33,679 bases of DNA. Origin: Vicugna vicugna (Eukaryota). The notes under the pieces are model-generated. The model had not been told where the DNA came from and searched no databases. It saw only the letters and a program-made list of their open reading frames with translations. The stretch spans positions 1,240,001 to 1,273,679 of the forward strand of contig MU057865.1 of NCBI GenBank assembly GCA_013265495.1, written 5' to 3'. Shown one piece after another: positions 12,976-24,985 of this stretch (positions are counted from its first letter, which is position 1; every line of letters starts with the position of its first letter). A program made the translations under genes and the position numbers.

Positions 12976-13525
12976 TGTGATAGTTACATTTGTGCCAACT
13001 TGAAAGGGCTAAGGAATGCCCAGAGTAGGTATACCAGCATCTCTAGATGTGTCTGAGAGGGTAGGGTCAGTAGACTGAATTAAAGAAAATCTGACCCTCA
13101 CCAACAGAGGGGAACATAATCCAATATGTTGAGGTCCCAAGTAGAACAAAATGGCGGAAAGCAAACTTTCTCTTTCCTGTTGATGTGGGCCGCCTTCTTT
13201 TCCTGCTCTGACATCAGAGCCCCTGGTTCTTGAGATTTTGGACTATAGGACTTACATTCTCCGCCCTTCAGTCCCCAGCTAAGAGTTATACCGTTGGCTC
13301 CCTGGTTTTCAGATCTTTGGACTTAGACTGAATTACACTCTATTGGTTTTCCTGGTTCTCCAGTTTACAGAGGGCACATTATGGGGCTTCCCAGCCTCCA
13401 TATTTGAGTGAGCCAATTCCCACAGTAAATCTTCTCTTCTATCTATCTATCTATCTATCTATCCACCTATCTATCTCTCTCCCTCTCTATCTCTCTCCCT
13501 CTCTATCTCTCTACCTATCTCTCTA

Positions 13526-13579
<54 letters not shown>

Positions 13580-13613
13580 CATCCAATTCTGTTTCTCTAA
13601 AGAACTCTAATAA
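12976..13613 (+). mobile_element. MLT2 (MLT2B-like) ERVL solo LTR
   Basis: Starts 'tgtgatagttacatttgtgccaacttga..gggctaagg'. Contains 'cagcctccatatttgagtgagccaattccc' and ends 'ttctgtttctctaaagaactctaataa'. Confidence 0.9.
13437..13580. repeat. Compound (TCTA)n/(TCTC)n/(TCTG)n microsatellite within the MLT2 LTR
   Basis: Seen directly; ends in about 10 perfect TCTA units. Confidence 0.95.
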
Positions 13614-14834
13614 CTGAAATATCCAAAGGAAAGGGAAATTGAATGGGCTAATATAAAGCAAGAAGCAGCCTTGAGATGTCTATGGAATGCCACATGTACT
13701 CCTCTTGGAGACAGTGTTACCCCCACAAAGTCGAATATAATTAAATCTGTACTCTAAAAACTCATTACATTCACAAGGATATTATTGCATGTCTCTCGGC
13801 TGAAGTCTTCACCTAAACATGCAAAGGAGAAACAAACAAAGAAACAAACAAAACACTATTAGACTGTTGAGGAATTCTCATTTGAAAGCATTTAAGATTA
13901 ATTCACCTAAAATCATAAAAACAAACGTTTACCAATATTGCCCGTGGCTTTGCCAAGGGCAGTCTATCTCCTGTGTTGTATCGGGGGGTCCTAGGTAACT
14001 GCTGGTTAGCCTTCTTTCTCTTTTGAGCACAATATTTCCAGCCAACGCATTTGACCCTGCCTTATCTTCTCAGGCTTGGCTGTGTGGAGTATTAGATCTC
14101 AGCCACACGATCAGGGAAGGAAAGGCATTGAAGTTAAATTGGGCAGGACCATGAAGGGGGAAATTCATCTAGTTAGAGATGTGGCCCCTTAAAGGTAGCC
14201 AGCTGAAGTGCAAATTTTGTGAGTTCTGTTTGATTAGATTAAGTGTGAACATCTAAGAGGTTCAATAAAGGTGAAATCTAAATGCTAAATAATGTCCAAA
14301 GTCAAACTAATGATGATGCTGTAGGTTCTCGTTATGAGTATAATAAATGTCTTTGTTCAGGGGGTTTGTAAAAATCAAGCAGAATGTCAAAACCTCTATT
14401 CTTAGAATAGAAAGACATGCAAATAAACAAGGATAAAACTGAATCAAAATAATTGAGCCGACGTGGTGGGAAAGTACCTGAATGTTGTGACGTCTTAGAG
14501 CGGACTAGAGAAGACTTTTTGCTCAATTCCCACTAGTTGAGATGAGAAGGGCATCCATCAGTTTAGGCAGCAGGATGGGAAAGTCGGGGGCTGACAAGAT
14601 ATCACCACCCATTGGAGGTCGTTGCCTCTGCTTCTTTCTGCTGATGGAGCTGCCTGTTTGCTAGAGGAGACAGTCCCACCCGCTGTGCGATTGCTTCTTT
14701 CCATCACCTGGATTTAACCTTGTTACCAATTCTTTCACAGCCAGAACAGAGAGAGATCTGTCTGTCTTGAAGACTGAACTTCAAAATGATAATCCTGTGA
14801 AGCCTTGTAGTAGAGGAGGTAAAGTATACATTTT

Positions 14835-15010
14835 TGAATTCATGCAGAAATTGAGTTCAAATGCGGAAATGCTATTTGGATCTTGTTGGTCATCTGAGGC
14901 TTAGTTCCTCATCTTTGAATCAATTTAGCATTGGCTGTTTCATGCTGTTGCTGACATGATTCAATGAGGAAAAAGCAAAGTTAAAATGCCTAGCTCGCTA
15001 GGCACCTACG
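14835..15010 (+). mobile_element. MIR SINE
   Basis: 'tgagttcaaat', 'ctgaggcttagttcctcatctttgaa', 'gattcaatgagg..aaatgcctagc'. Confidence 0.65.
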
Positions 15011-15135
15011 TCTCCTGGCCACTGCATTAGACAGCTCAGGTCTAAGGGGTGCGTGTTTGCCCTTGGATTGTCCATACCATCTAGTGTAGAGACGTTCAAT
15101 TCAGGGAAACATAAAAATCTGGGTATGTTGGACCC

Positions 15136-15225
15136 TTGGAAACAACCTGAATACTTAGCATTAGAGGAATGGTTAAATAAAAGGTTATGGAATACCTTAG
15201 TTGTATATTTACAGAGATTAAAATT
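15136..15225 (+). mobile_element. L1ME fragment
   Basis: 'ttggaaacaacctgaatacttagcattagaggaatggttaaataaaaggttatggaata'. Confidence 0.7.
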
Positions 15226-15257
15226 TTGTTTGCAAAGAAGACAGAATAACTTGATGT

Positions 15258-15324
15258 AGGGTGATCAACAATTCCAGTTTCCCTGGGTCTGAGGGATTTC
15301 TTCAGATGTGAGACTTTTATTGCT
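15258..15324 (-). mobile_element. MER94 (hAT-Blackjack) half element
   Basis: 'agggtgatcaacaattccagtttccctgggtctgagggatttcttcagatgtgagactttt' matches the MER94 terminus with CpG decay. Confidence 0.7.
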
Positions 15325-15394
15325 GTCTAGCCTAATGGGAACCCTAAATTAATGGGAAAATCCTTATAACAGTAGAAGTGTTTCATATCAAAGC

Positions 15395-15515
15395 ATATAT
15401 GTGAAAAATATATTTATATGCATATATATCACATAGAGATTTAAATGTATATCTTATACATATATATGTATAGATATATACAATTTACATATGTATGACA
15501 TATGTATGTATATCA
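15395..15515. repeat. TA-rich low-complexity tract
   Basis: Degenerate (TA)n/(TATG)n. Confidence 0.8.
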
Positions 15516-15661
15516 TAAAGAGAGAGTAACAAATTCACAGAAAAGCATTTTAGCATAAATAAAGTCAATAATCATTTTTTAAATTAAAGCTAAGTTATCC
15601 CATTAATGAAACTGAGCTTTACAAAGCAGGCACAGAACAGGAGGGAAACTGGACGGAGGAG

Positions 15662-15735
15662 GGTCTCATTTTTCTCTTTGCAAAATTACAAATGAGACTA
15701 GATAATCTCTAACATGCATCCTAGTTCTAAAAGTC
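15662..15735 (+). mobile_element. MIR3-like fragment
   Basis: 'tctcatttttctctttgcaaaa...gactagataatctctaacatgcatcctagttctaaaa'. Confidence 0.6.
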
Positions 15736-17189
15736 CGCAACACTGATTCCAAATAAACCTTTGCACAGCCCGAAATTACTACAGAGAATCAAGAAGCAAT
15801 TTCATTATTCAGGAGCATGCTCATGGAAAATGCGGGAAGCACATATGACTTTGACAGATTAGGTGAATTCGGTCCAGGTGAACAGAAGAGAAGAAGTAAT
15901 TCCAAGCAAATGAATAATAGTAAACTCAACAAGGCACAGTAACAAAACAATTGAGCTAAGGGCCTCGTAGAGGGGGCACTTCAGGCAGGGAAAATTATTG
16001 TAAAAGAATCTTATTGACCACCCTTCAAGAATTCCTCTCAGTGTTAATTTTTACGTTTGCCAAAGAGATTATAAACAGAAGTTATGAGTTTAAGGGAAAT
16101 GATCACTTGTTTTAAAGCATTCTTTTGGTTTACATCAAATATTATTTAAAAGCTTTACCTGATGTAAACACTAAGGAATAAATAGTTGTGATTCAGGAAG
16201 AGGATGTGCAGAGGGATACTTGCCTTTCCAGATCATGTCCTTTTCAAAAAACTAATTCTTCTCGTAAGCCACTCACTGTTCAATCATAACCCACGTTGGC
16301 ATCTAAAAAAGTCATTTGATACCCCTAGCTGTCATGACTAAAGATTCTCTGAGATGTGGACCAGTCACTCTTCTATGGTTTCTTGAGTTAACGGTACTCA
16401 GTCATCTCCTAGAAATGGAAAACGAGAAAAAAGAAAACATAAACAAAGAGAGAATGAGACGATCACATAGCTGGGCTCTGAAATCTGAAGAGGAGGTTCA
16501 GAGAAAGATGAGGAACAGGGTGATGGACAATGTCCCAAATCTTGAATGAGCATGGAATGTGGGATAACGGAAAGTTGGAAATGTAGAGTAGGGCCAAATT
16601 AGGGCAAGTCACACCAGCCTGAGTAGTTGGAATCTATCTTTCACGTAGGAAGAAAGACTCTTATATGAAGTGACACGTAAGACATGGCATTTAACTCGGC
16701 CTCGTTAACGCCCTGCTTATTTCTCAAAGCGGAAACATTCTTCTCTTCATTGCTCATCAGACTTTCCAAGGAGAGAGATGCTTATAGAACAAACTCCTCT
16801 GGCCATCATTTTATCCTTGCATGAAAGCTTCGTCCTGAATAAATGCTTCAGTTTTGGAATAAAATGGCTCAATTAACGAGAAGAAGTTTCTACTTTAATT
16901 ATATTGCTTACAATATTTTGGCCAAGTTGAACACTTGAAAACACTGGAGTATGTGTTTAAATATAACAGGAAGCAATGTATTCTTGCCCTTGCAAAGTGT
17001 GATTGATATCAGGCAACTGCCCAGACCCAAATCATAATTATTTATAAACATGTCGAAAATTCAATTAAATACCCCACTGAAGTTCAGCTCACTGGTTGCC
17101 TTTTGGAAGAGAATTTTCTTCTAGGTTTTTAGGATATCGTGCTTCAATAGGTTCAAAGCCAATTGTAAACACAGACTCTTTTAAGAATT

Positions 17190-17300
17190 TTATTAACTCA
17201 TTTATTCCAACATTAATTAAACTCTATGTGTCAGGCACCACACAAGGTGTGGGCATACAAGGATATAACACCATTTATCTGAACTTTGACAAGTATGTAA
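17190..17300 (-). mobile_element. L2 3' end fragment
   Basis: 'tcatttattccaacattaattaaactctatgtgtcaggcacc..aggtgtggg'. Confidence 0.65.
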
Positions 17301-17488
17301 ACTGAAAAATTAAACCCTGTGGTCAGAGTTTTAAATCAGTGACATGAAGGATGAATCAATTGGACATAAAATAATGATAATTTTGTTCTTAATCTAGAGA
17401 ATAAGTGATTGAAATTTTAATTTTTGTTTCACCTGCTACTTACTGACCTAGCTTGAGAAAGAAGTAGCTGACAATGACACATTAAGGA

Positions 17489-17810
17489 TGCCTATCCAAT
17501 ACTCACATTATTTCTTTGTAAACTGCCCATTTCAACTCCTATAGCCACTTTCGTAACCTGTGACTGTCCTTTCTTGGCCACATCTGATTGGACCAGAGGA
17601 GGACACCTGACGGAGAGAAAGCTAGCCTACTAGATGGCCTGAGCCAATCAGATTCTCTCTTCTGCAACTTTCTAATGAGATGAAGAAATAGCTCAGTTAG
17701 CTATGGCAGTGGACTTACAAGAATAGGAGTTGAGAATGGAATAGTAGTGTTTGCACTATGGTAAAGAGAAAGAGCCAAAAGCCTTCAAGAAGTGAAAACA
17801 CAAAGAGAAA
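17489..17810 (+). mobile_element. Ancient MLT1 (L/M/N-type) LTR fragment
   Basis: 'cttggccacatctgattggaccagaggaggacacctgac' and 'gagccaatcagattctctct'. Confidence 0.7.
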
Positions 17811-18592
17811 GGACTGAGGATGCACGTTTCTACAAAACCGTATCTCTGCTGGTCAGAGTGGCCCCCGACCAGTCCATCATTGCTCAGCTCAAGCACATAA
17901 AGAAAGATGCACAGTTACTGTAGGGCAAGGAGCAAACATTTATTCATAAGCAAACATTAACTCTACTTCTCGAGGGAAAAAAGAAAAATAGATCTTGGCT
18001 TTCTAGAGCAGGAAGGTGCTCTTAAGGAAATTTGGGACTTAAAAATCCAGGTGTTTTGGGTTTCTTTCTCATGGAGGTAACATGGTACCATCTGCACCGG
18101 GGGCCAAAGAACTTCATTTCAAACGATTTGTTTTCCACTTACGGATGAATGAGGGGGTGGTTTAAAAGTACGCTGGGCGAGGTGACGGCAGGCTAGGCGG
18201 TGATTCTGTCCTCTCTGTGCCTGTGCGTGAGGGATTGATTTCGATGCGCTTGCCAAAGGACATAGACACTTCTCCTCCTCTAAACTTCTGTGGGTGATCC
18301 ATCCCCCCCCAGATGACAGTATCTGTCTTCCTGCTCGCCTGCTTGAGAGAGAGAGTGTGCCAGAATCTCACAGCTGTGGGGGCCCAGCTGACAATCCATC
18401 TTCGAAATGCACCACATGCCAGTTGTCTGGATCGAGGTGGCTTGGAAAAGTCAGTTCCTGAGAAGCAAACTTTATCTAAGCTGATCTTCTCACAGGGAGT
18501 GTATTTCTGATTTTCCCTCAACTTCTTCACAGAAAGGGGGCATCTAGATGAGAAGAGCCGGCCATCAGAAAATGACCTTGCCTGTGGGGCTC

Positions 18593-18641
18593 TTTTTCTT
18601 TTTTTAAGTGAAGTATAGTCAGTTACAATGTGTCAATTTCT
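18593..18641 (-). mobile_element. Extremely truncated L1 3' terminus (different family from the young L1s)
   Basis: Poly-T followed by 'tgaagtatagtcagttacaatgtgtcaatttctg', typical of artiodactyl L1 3' ends. Confidence 0.65.
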
Positions 18642-18994
18642 GTCAATGTTTGACAGCATGACTGAGTCACCTGGGCTGAGAGCTTTGATGAGCATTCACC
18701 GCACTAAATTAAGGTCATCCTCATTTTCCAACGCATGTTGGCAGCTAGACATTTTGAAAATTAAGGTTATCTTCCATAAAGATTTCCCCTGCTTTTGCTC
18801 ACAGGAAGAACCTCACTTCTGCTGAGAAATAGATCCCAGTTATTCATTCATTTAATTTACTGATTACTGTTTCAAATTTTATGTTGTATTTTGAGGAAAA
18901 CTCCATATGCATACATTTTAAATGTTAATGCAAATATAATATAAATTCATTTAGTAAAATGTGTCCTAAGGCATGCAATCAAATAACAGAGATG

Positions 18995-19110
18995 TGTGTT
19001 TATGTATAGATATCATATTTATATATATACATATGCATGTATGTGCACATATACAACCATATGTATGTAAAAACATACAATAAATATGTACAATCGTTTA
19101 GTTTGTATAT
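18995..19110. repeat. TA/TG-rich low-complexity tract
   Basis: Seen directly in the sequence. Confidence 0.7.
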
Positions 19111-19645
19111 GAATACAGGCTTGTAAAGACACATGTGTTCTCTGTAACCATATAGAAAAACACCATTTTATTAAGTAACGTAACATTGACTGTTCTAATT
19201 ATATGATTTATCTGAGCATTTTGTATAGATTCTCATGGCAATATCTTATACCTTCCTTTTAGTGTGGATAAATGGATACAGAGAGGCAAACAGCAAGACT
19301 CTGATGCGATTTTAATGCCTTTAAGTGTGGCGGGGTTCATAAGATTGACAAATGCATTGATTGACATTTCCCTCAATTAACCAGTTCTTTGAGAGGAGTT
19401 GATGGATTGCACCCAATGAAGGCCAATTACTTATCCACCCAACAAATGACCCTCCTTAGAGCCAAGAGGGCTTTTGATTTACCTAGTGAATATGGTTTCT
19501 CTGATTCATATCTCATATTATCTACAAACGGGTCACTGATGTCTAGTGCACATTTATTAACAGAATAAAAAATGTAATAAAGCTTGTAATAAAATAATCA
19601 TTTTATGGTCTGATGTAGCTTTTTCCTTTTAATTAAAAGAGCCAT

Positions 19646-19717
19646 TATGTGCAAATTACTTAGCATAATTCCTGGCACAGAGTAAGAGCTCAGCGAATGT
19701 TTGTTATTGTTTTATTA
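19646..19717 (+). mobile_element. MIR 3' end
   Basis: 'cttagcataattcctggcacagagtaagagctcagcgaatgtttgttatt'. Confidence 0.75.
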
Positions 19718-22700
19718 AGATTACGAAGCACCGCAATACCATGTCAAAAAAGGTCAAATCTGAATGTTCTGCCTTCTCTGTATTAGGGAAAAAGATGAGC
19801 AGAGGGAATGAGTGAGAACTGAGTCATCTCCGTAGAGGGACCCATTCCATGGCCCTGTAAGGACCTAAAAGATTTATGTTGGTATGTAAACCAAGACAAA
19901 GTCCAGATTCTGGAAGACAGATAAAAAAAAAAAAACAGGCAAATGAGCCACCGCTTTCCACTAGATACAAACAAGTTCAAGGGCTAGAACAGAAAAGAAG
20001 TCAATCATAGTAACTGACCTAAAAACATTGTAGTTATTGTCCTCAGCTACAGAGTATCATTGCTCCAGTGGTTGACCCTTTGCAAAATAAATGCCAGATC
20101 TGAATACATAGCATCTACTTTTGCTAACGAAACTAACACTTTTATTTATTTTATGTTTTATGTCTTGAAGTTTCTAATGAGATATCATTAGATCAATTGC
20201 ACTGTTTAAAACATTTGAAAAGCATCCGTTTAAAGACTCCTATAGTATATTCATAACATGGTAATAATTACTGGAATAGAAGTAGGAACATGTAGGATGT
20301 GACATTAGAATACGGCAAGTCAGAAATAGAGTTCTCTGTGTAATTTAAACTTAAAAAGTTACAGAACATCTACCTTGGTGCTATTATCAAGATCAGTTAA
20401 TCAAGTGTGAATTAAGAGAGAGGATTATCTATATAAAACATGCACTCTATGAATATTTTGAAGTTAAAAAACAATTGGAAACTTAAGATGATGCTTTTGG
20501 GACTAGTTCGTGTTGATTTCCTAAGGACAAAAATTCCTTATATTCATGGATTCATATTGATATCTCAAAACAATTTCACATGTATTAATTTTTTTTCTTT
20601 TCTTCAGAAGAGCCCCACAAAATGTAGACCATTTATAACTAAATTAATTTTGGATGAGTAAGTGCAACCATAGAAAATATACTTTGTTTACCAGAGTTTA
20701 TAGTTGCTTTCAAAAGACAAGTCCTCAGGCGCTGGAAAGGGGCAGCTGTCTCCCCGCACCAGGGTCATCTTCCCATCAGAAGCGAAGCACTCTCCTTTGC
20801 CCAACCCACAATGGCAATGCCTGATTAATGTACTGGTGTTTCCTCTGCATCTGTCACAAGCCAACTTGGACAAAGCTCGGAAGGAAGTGTGTACGCAAAT
20901 CCTTTTCTCTGGAGAAGAGAGAAAGGGAGGGCAGATGCGTGGCTTGGGTGTCCCGTTTCTCAGAATGATGACTCCGTCTCAGTTTTGAGCTCTCCTCTGA
21001 ACAACGCAGGATGCAAACTAAAAGAAAGCTTTTCCCTCTTCGGCTGACTTACAAAAACAGTCAGTGCAGCCAACTCCCACTGAAAGGAAAATGTCTTTTC
21101 CCTTTTGACTGATAAGAGTTCGCAGTAATTTCATAATGAGTGATGATTCTTTATTGTCTTTGTTATAATACGGGTAGGACCACAGGAAAATGATAAACAG
21201 AGGAGACCTGCTTGGGAGAGAAACGGGCTGCCATTGGCGGAGGGGGAGACTGGTTACAAAGGGACCTCTTTTCAGAAAATGATCCTCTGTTAGTATCTTG
21301 ATAAACTTTACTATAAGAAGAGCTGGTTTCCCTCTTTAGGAGTTTATGTCCTATAATCAGCTTTGATAGAATAGCTGATCCACATAGTTACCCTAGGTCT
21401 CATTGAAATGAAGATTGAATTACTTTTATACTGCCACCGAATGTGAAAAAAGAAAAGAAAAAGAAAAACTTCAAACTTAATTTTCAACGTCATTTTATTA
21501 TTTCCTTATGTCTGTTTGGAATTGTAACTACTTATTTTAATCCTGTTGAAACTGCCTTTCCACAAATATACTAAATATAAGATTTAAACACTTAGGAAGA
21601 ATTGGAAGATGCCACTGAGCAGAGCTACATTCATTATCTAACCAAAAGAAAAGAACTCTGGAAGAAAAAAGGAAATCACAAATGGCAAGACTTTGAAGAA
21701 TCTACGTGTCATCTTTTCCACTCCGGTGATTTTAGACTTTCCCACCAGATTGAAACACCATTTTCTGAACAATAACGTAATACATTTTTGACATCACAAA
21801 AGAAGCTTTTAAGGCATAAAAACATGCATTTCCCTTATGTAATCAAAAACAAAACCCTTATAAATTATAATGCAATGAACAGTCCGATTCCTCTATTGAA
21901 TGTATTTAAAAGATATATGCTGATTAAGCTCTTAGTCATTTCTGTTAACTGTCTAGTGAAAGCTTTCTGAATCTGGTTTAACCCATATTAAATGCCCTCA
22001 TGGTGGTCCTCAAATAAAAAAAAAGAGAGACAAGGGAAAAGGAATCCTGGTCTTTGTTCCATTATATATTTTAAAAAATGTTGCTGCACATTTTTATACA
22101 TTAATGTCTCACACAGAATGCCAAGTGGTTTGATGTTCCCCCCTCCAGTGGAAAAAACCAAGAACAAGTTTGCACATTAAAATGTAAAGCAATTCAACAG
22201 TACAAGTCATGTTTTCCAGAAGATGATATGTTTTCTCTGTTTCTTAATAACTCTTCATAGTCATTTCAGCTTTATATACAAGAAGGCTTTGCTAAAAGTT
22301 TGCAGAGTATCTTTTTTTTTTTTTCCACTTTATTCCTCTCTACATCGCTGAGAATGTCTTAGGACCATCTTGTGCATCATATGTCAATAGATCTTTTCAA
22401 CACAATGGTTTACAAGTTAATAAGGACATTTCTGAGATTTTGCCGTGAAACCTCTTTACACAGAGTAAAAAGTAATACAATAAAATAAAAAATAAAGAGA
22501 AGAGGCCACAATACTATTAACACGGACGCACTTAAGTAAGAGGACACCGGAAGAAATCACAGCGACCCATGAAGTGCCCATTTCTGGGACAGCTTTAAAG
22601 ACAATCAGATGTGTTTGTTTGCTTGCTTCTCATTTCATATGCAGTTTACAATAAGAATCCAGGAGGAAAAAAATGAAACAAATGTCAATGACAATAAAAT

Positions 22701-23004
22701 CAACAATTTGCCAGACAGTTCAAGGGGAAAAGCAACCGCGAATAGATTGAACGTGCCAGCAAAGAAGTTCAATGTGCAACTCCCTCCCTCTCTCTCTCTC
22801 ACTCTCTCTCTCTGCTTTCAGGGATATTCCTTCCAACTTTCTGCAACGAAAGCAAACACAATCCCCCAGGACTTCTGAACACTAATGAAAAAGTTAATTT
22901 CCAGTTGTAGATGGGATTTTGATTTTTCGGAGAGATAGGCAGACAGACAGACATATAAATAATGGAAGAAAAATCATCTCTTCATTTGTAGTTCCATCTC
23001 ATCA

Positions 23005-23165
23005 CTCAGTCACTCACCTGTGACTCCTCTGGGATCAGTCAGAACTTCCCTCAGCAGTAAATGAAACGCTATTTGCTCAGCCCACTTCAGAAGTTGCTAT
23101 AAGTCTCAAATTATGCTTTTTTTTTTTTTTTTTGGTATTTGAATGCTTTGGAACACCTGAAACTT
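23005..23165 (+). mobile_element. Degraded MIR with an internal poly-T
   Basis: 'cactcacctgtgac..ttccctcagcagtaaatga..cttcagaagttgctataag..tgaatgctttg'. Confidence 0.45.
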
Positions 23166-23994
23166 GTTAGTTCCCATGGCTAGCTTTAGAAACTGTTGTA
23201 TAAATCCCATTTACCTAATAGCACTCAGACTAAAATACGTCACAGCAATATGCTTTATTACTATACCAGAGAGATTTTGGATTAAGAGAAAATGAACATC
23301 ATGTTACCTTCGGTTTTTCAACTGGAAGATTTTCTTCTTCTGTGAAATGATATTTAAAGAAAAGACCCTCAGTGGTTTGTCCACCCTCCATTCTAAATGT
23401 TCAGGTAAAGAACCGGGACCATCTGTAGCATCTCTGATCCACTGTGAAACAATCATGGGAGCCTAAGCTAATGGTTCTGAGATTTCTTCAGATCATTGAT
23501 CTTTCGATTTTTCTTTGCTTATTATTACTAGAAAAAAATAATATCGACGGACCTTCAAATGTCCACTTCTTTCTGGGAAATACAACTCACCTGAATAATA
23601 TCTGAAGTCACCTTGAATGGAGCCATATTGAGAAAAATAATCAGTTAAACTCGCATTAGAAGTATAGCTATGTGTATAGACATTGTCATCTTGTGATAGT
23701 AAAACCACCTTAGATGCCAACTGAAGAAGCATCACAGAGTTAAAAACCACTGTATAATAATTTTTATTTCCAAATTGTTTTCATATGGTATCTGGCTCTT
23801 GTATGTATTTTATAAAACTTTAACAAACATTACTTCTCTTGAATAATGCTTCCTTTATATATGCATGATCATAAAATGCCACGAATAAGGATTTAACATG
23901 AGAATATGGCTCAGGAGTTGGGGAAATAAGGAAAAACATCCTTAACGTCACTCTAGAAGTTTGTATCTTTAGCGCTAAAAATCTTCAGTCAAGA

Positions 23995-24652
23995 TGTTGC
24001 CGGTAGATGTAACCAGAGCCCAGGTTCTTGTCCCATCCCGGAAAAAATTCAGAGACAAGACGCAGAGATTAAAAGAGTAAAGTGGGGATCTATTAAGGCA
24101 TAGATAGCACACTGTCAGGGGGAGAGCAGGCAGGCTCAGGTGAGCGGCTGCCCTGACTTTCTTGGGCAAGTTGGTTACATGAGTGTAGAAATGAATGGTT
24201 GCAATAGTCATTAGCGAGGGAATGGCCTGGGGTCATATTCCCTGATTCTCAGACTAATTCCACCTTCCCAAGGAGGGGAGGGATGTTTGTCCTTATTTGA
24301 TCTGCATCAGGAGTGTCATAGCATTGGTGCAGGACGGGTAATTCTCATCTGCAAGGCTAATTTTATAGAAATGAGGGCATAATGAGCAAAAGGTTAGATT
24401 TGTTCACAGGAGGCTCCTGCCTTTTCTCATCTTTCTTTGTTGGCTTCCAGGCCACTCATCATTCCCAAGAGGTGTGACCACGTTAACAGCTCAGAGGTTC
24501 CCACTTTTCTTTCTCTGCCTGGGGTCCCCTGGTGCTTCCATAATGTCTGGTTTCCTGCATTTGGCCTGTGCCCCTGCTTTCCGTCCAGTTCCTGCCATTT
24601 GGCCTGCATCCCCGTTTTCCTGCTCATGTCTAGCTCTCTGCCTGCTCTAACA
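23995..24652 (-). mobile_element. ERV1 (MER4-group, MER50/MER83-like) solo LTR
   Basis: TGTT...AACA termini. The sense strand starts TGTTAGAGCAGGCAGAGAGCTAGACATGAGCAGG. Flanks aaga (23991-23994) / aaaa (24653-24656) fit a decayed 4-bp TSD. Confidence 0.85.
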
Positions 24653-24960
24653 AAAACTGAATGCAAAATTTAAAAGCCTCTTGACCTCACATTTGGTGGT
24701 GTTATTTTACTTGTTAATGTAAGTTAAATTTAGAAATTGAACTGAAAAGTAATACATTATACCTCCTGTTAAGGAAGGAGTATGTATTTTATTACCAAAA
24801 ATGTGGATGATGATAAAACAGAAAAAAAATCGCCCGTAATCTGACCATGCAGAAATAAGCACGAACTCTTTTGTGAATGTGGCATTCTAGGAGTTTTTCT
24901 GAAATTTTTATTTAGTAAATTTCATCTTTTTTTTAAAGATTAATATATATTTATGGAGAT

Positions 24961-24985
24961 GTGCTCATTTTGGCAGCACATATAC
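24961..24985 (+). pseudogene. RNU6: 3'-truncated U6 snRNA retropseudogene (nt 1-25)
   Basis: gtgctcattttggcagcacatatac vs U6 GTGCTCGCTTCGGCAGCACATATAC: 22/25 identical, two of the three changes being CpG transitions. Flanked by atttatggagat / atttatagagagat. Confidence 0.85.

Noticed and set aside
13404..13610. 68-aa LSIY-repeat ORF
   Set aside because: Translation of the TCTA microsatellite.
13939..13961. 10-bp-stem hairpin tgcccgtggc-ttt-gccaagggca
   Set aside because: Too short for a pre-miRNA, spacing does not fit an NFI palindrome, and such a hairpin is plausible by chance in 33 kb.
15962..15980. CTCF-like 'cgtagagggggcact'
   Set aside because: Only the 3' half matches the CTCF core; key 5' positions are missing.
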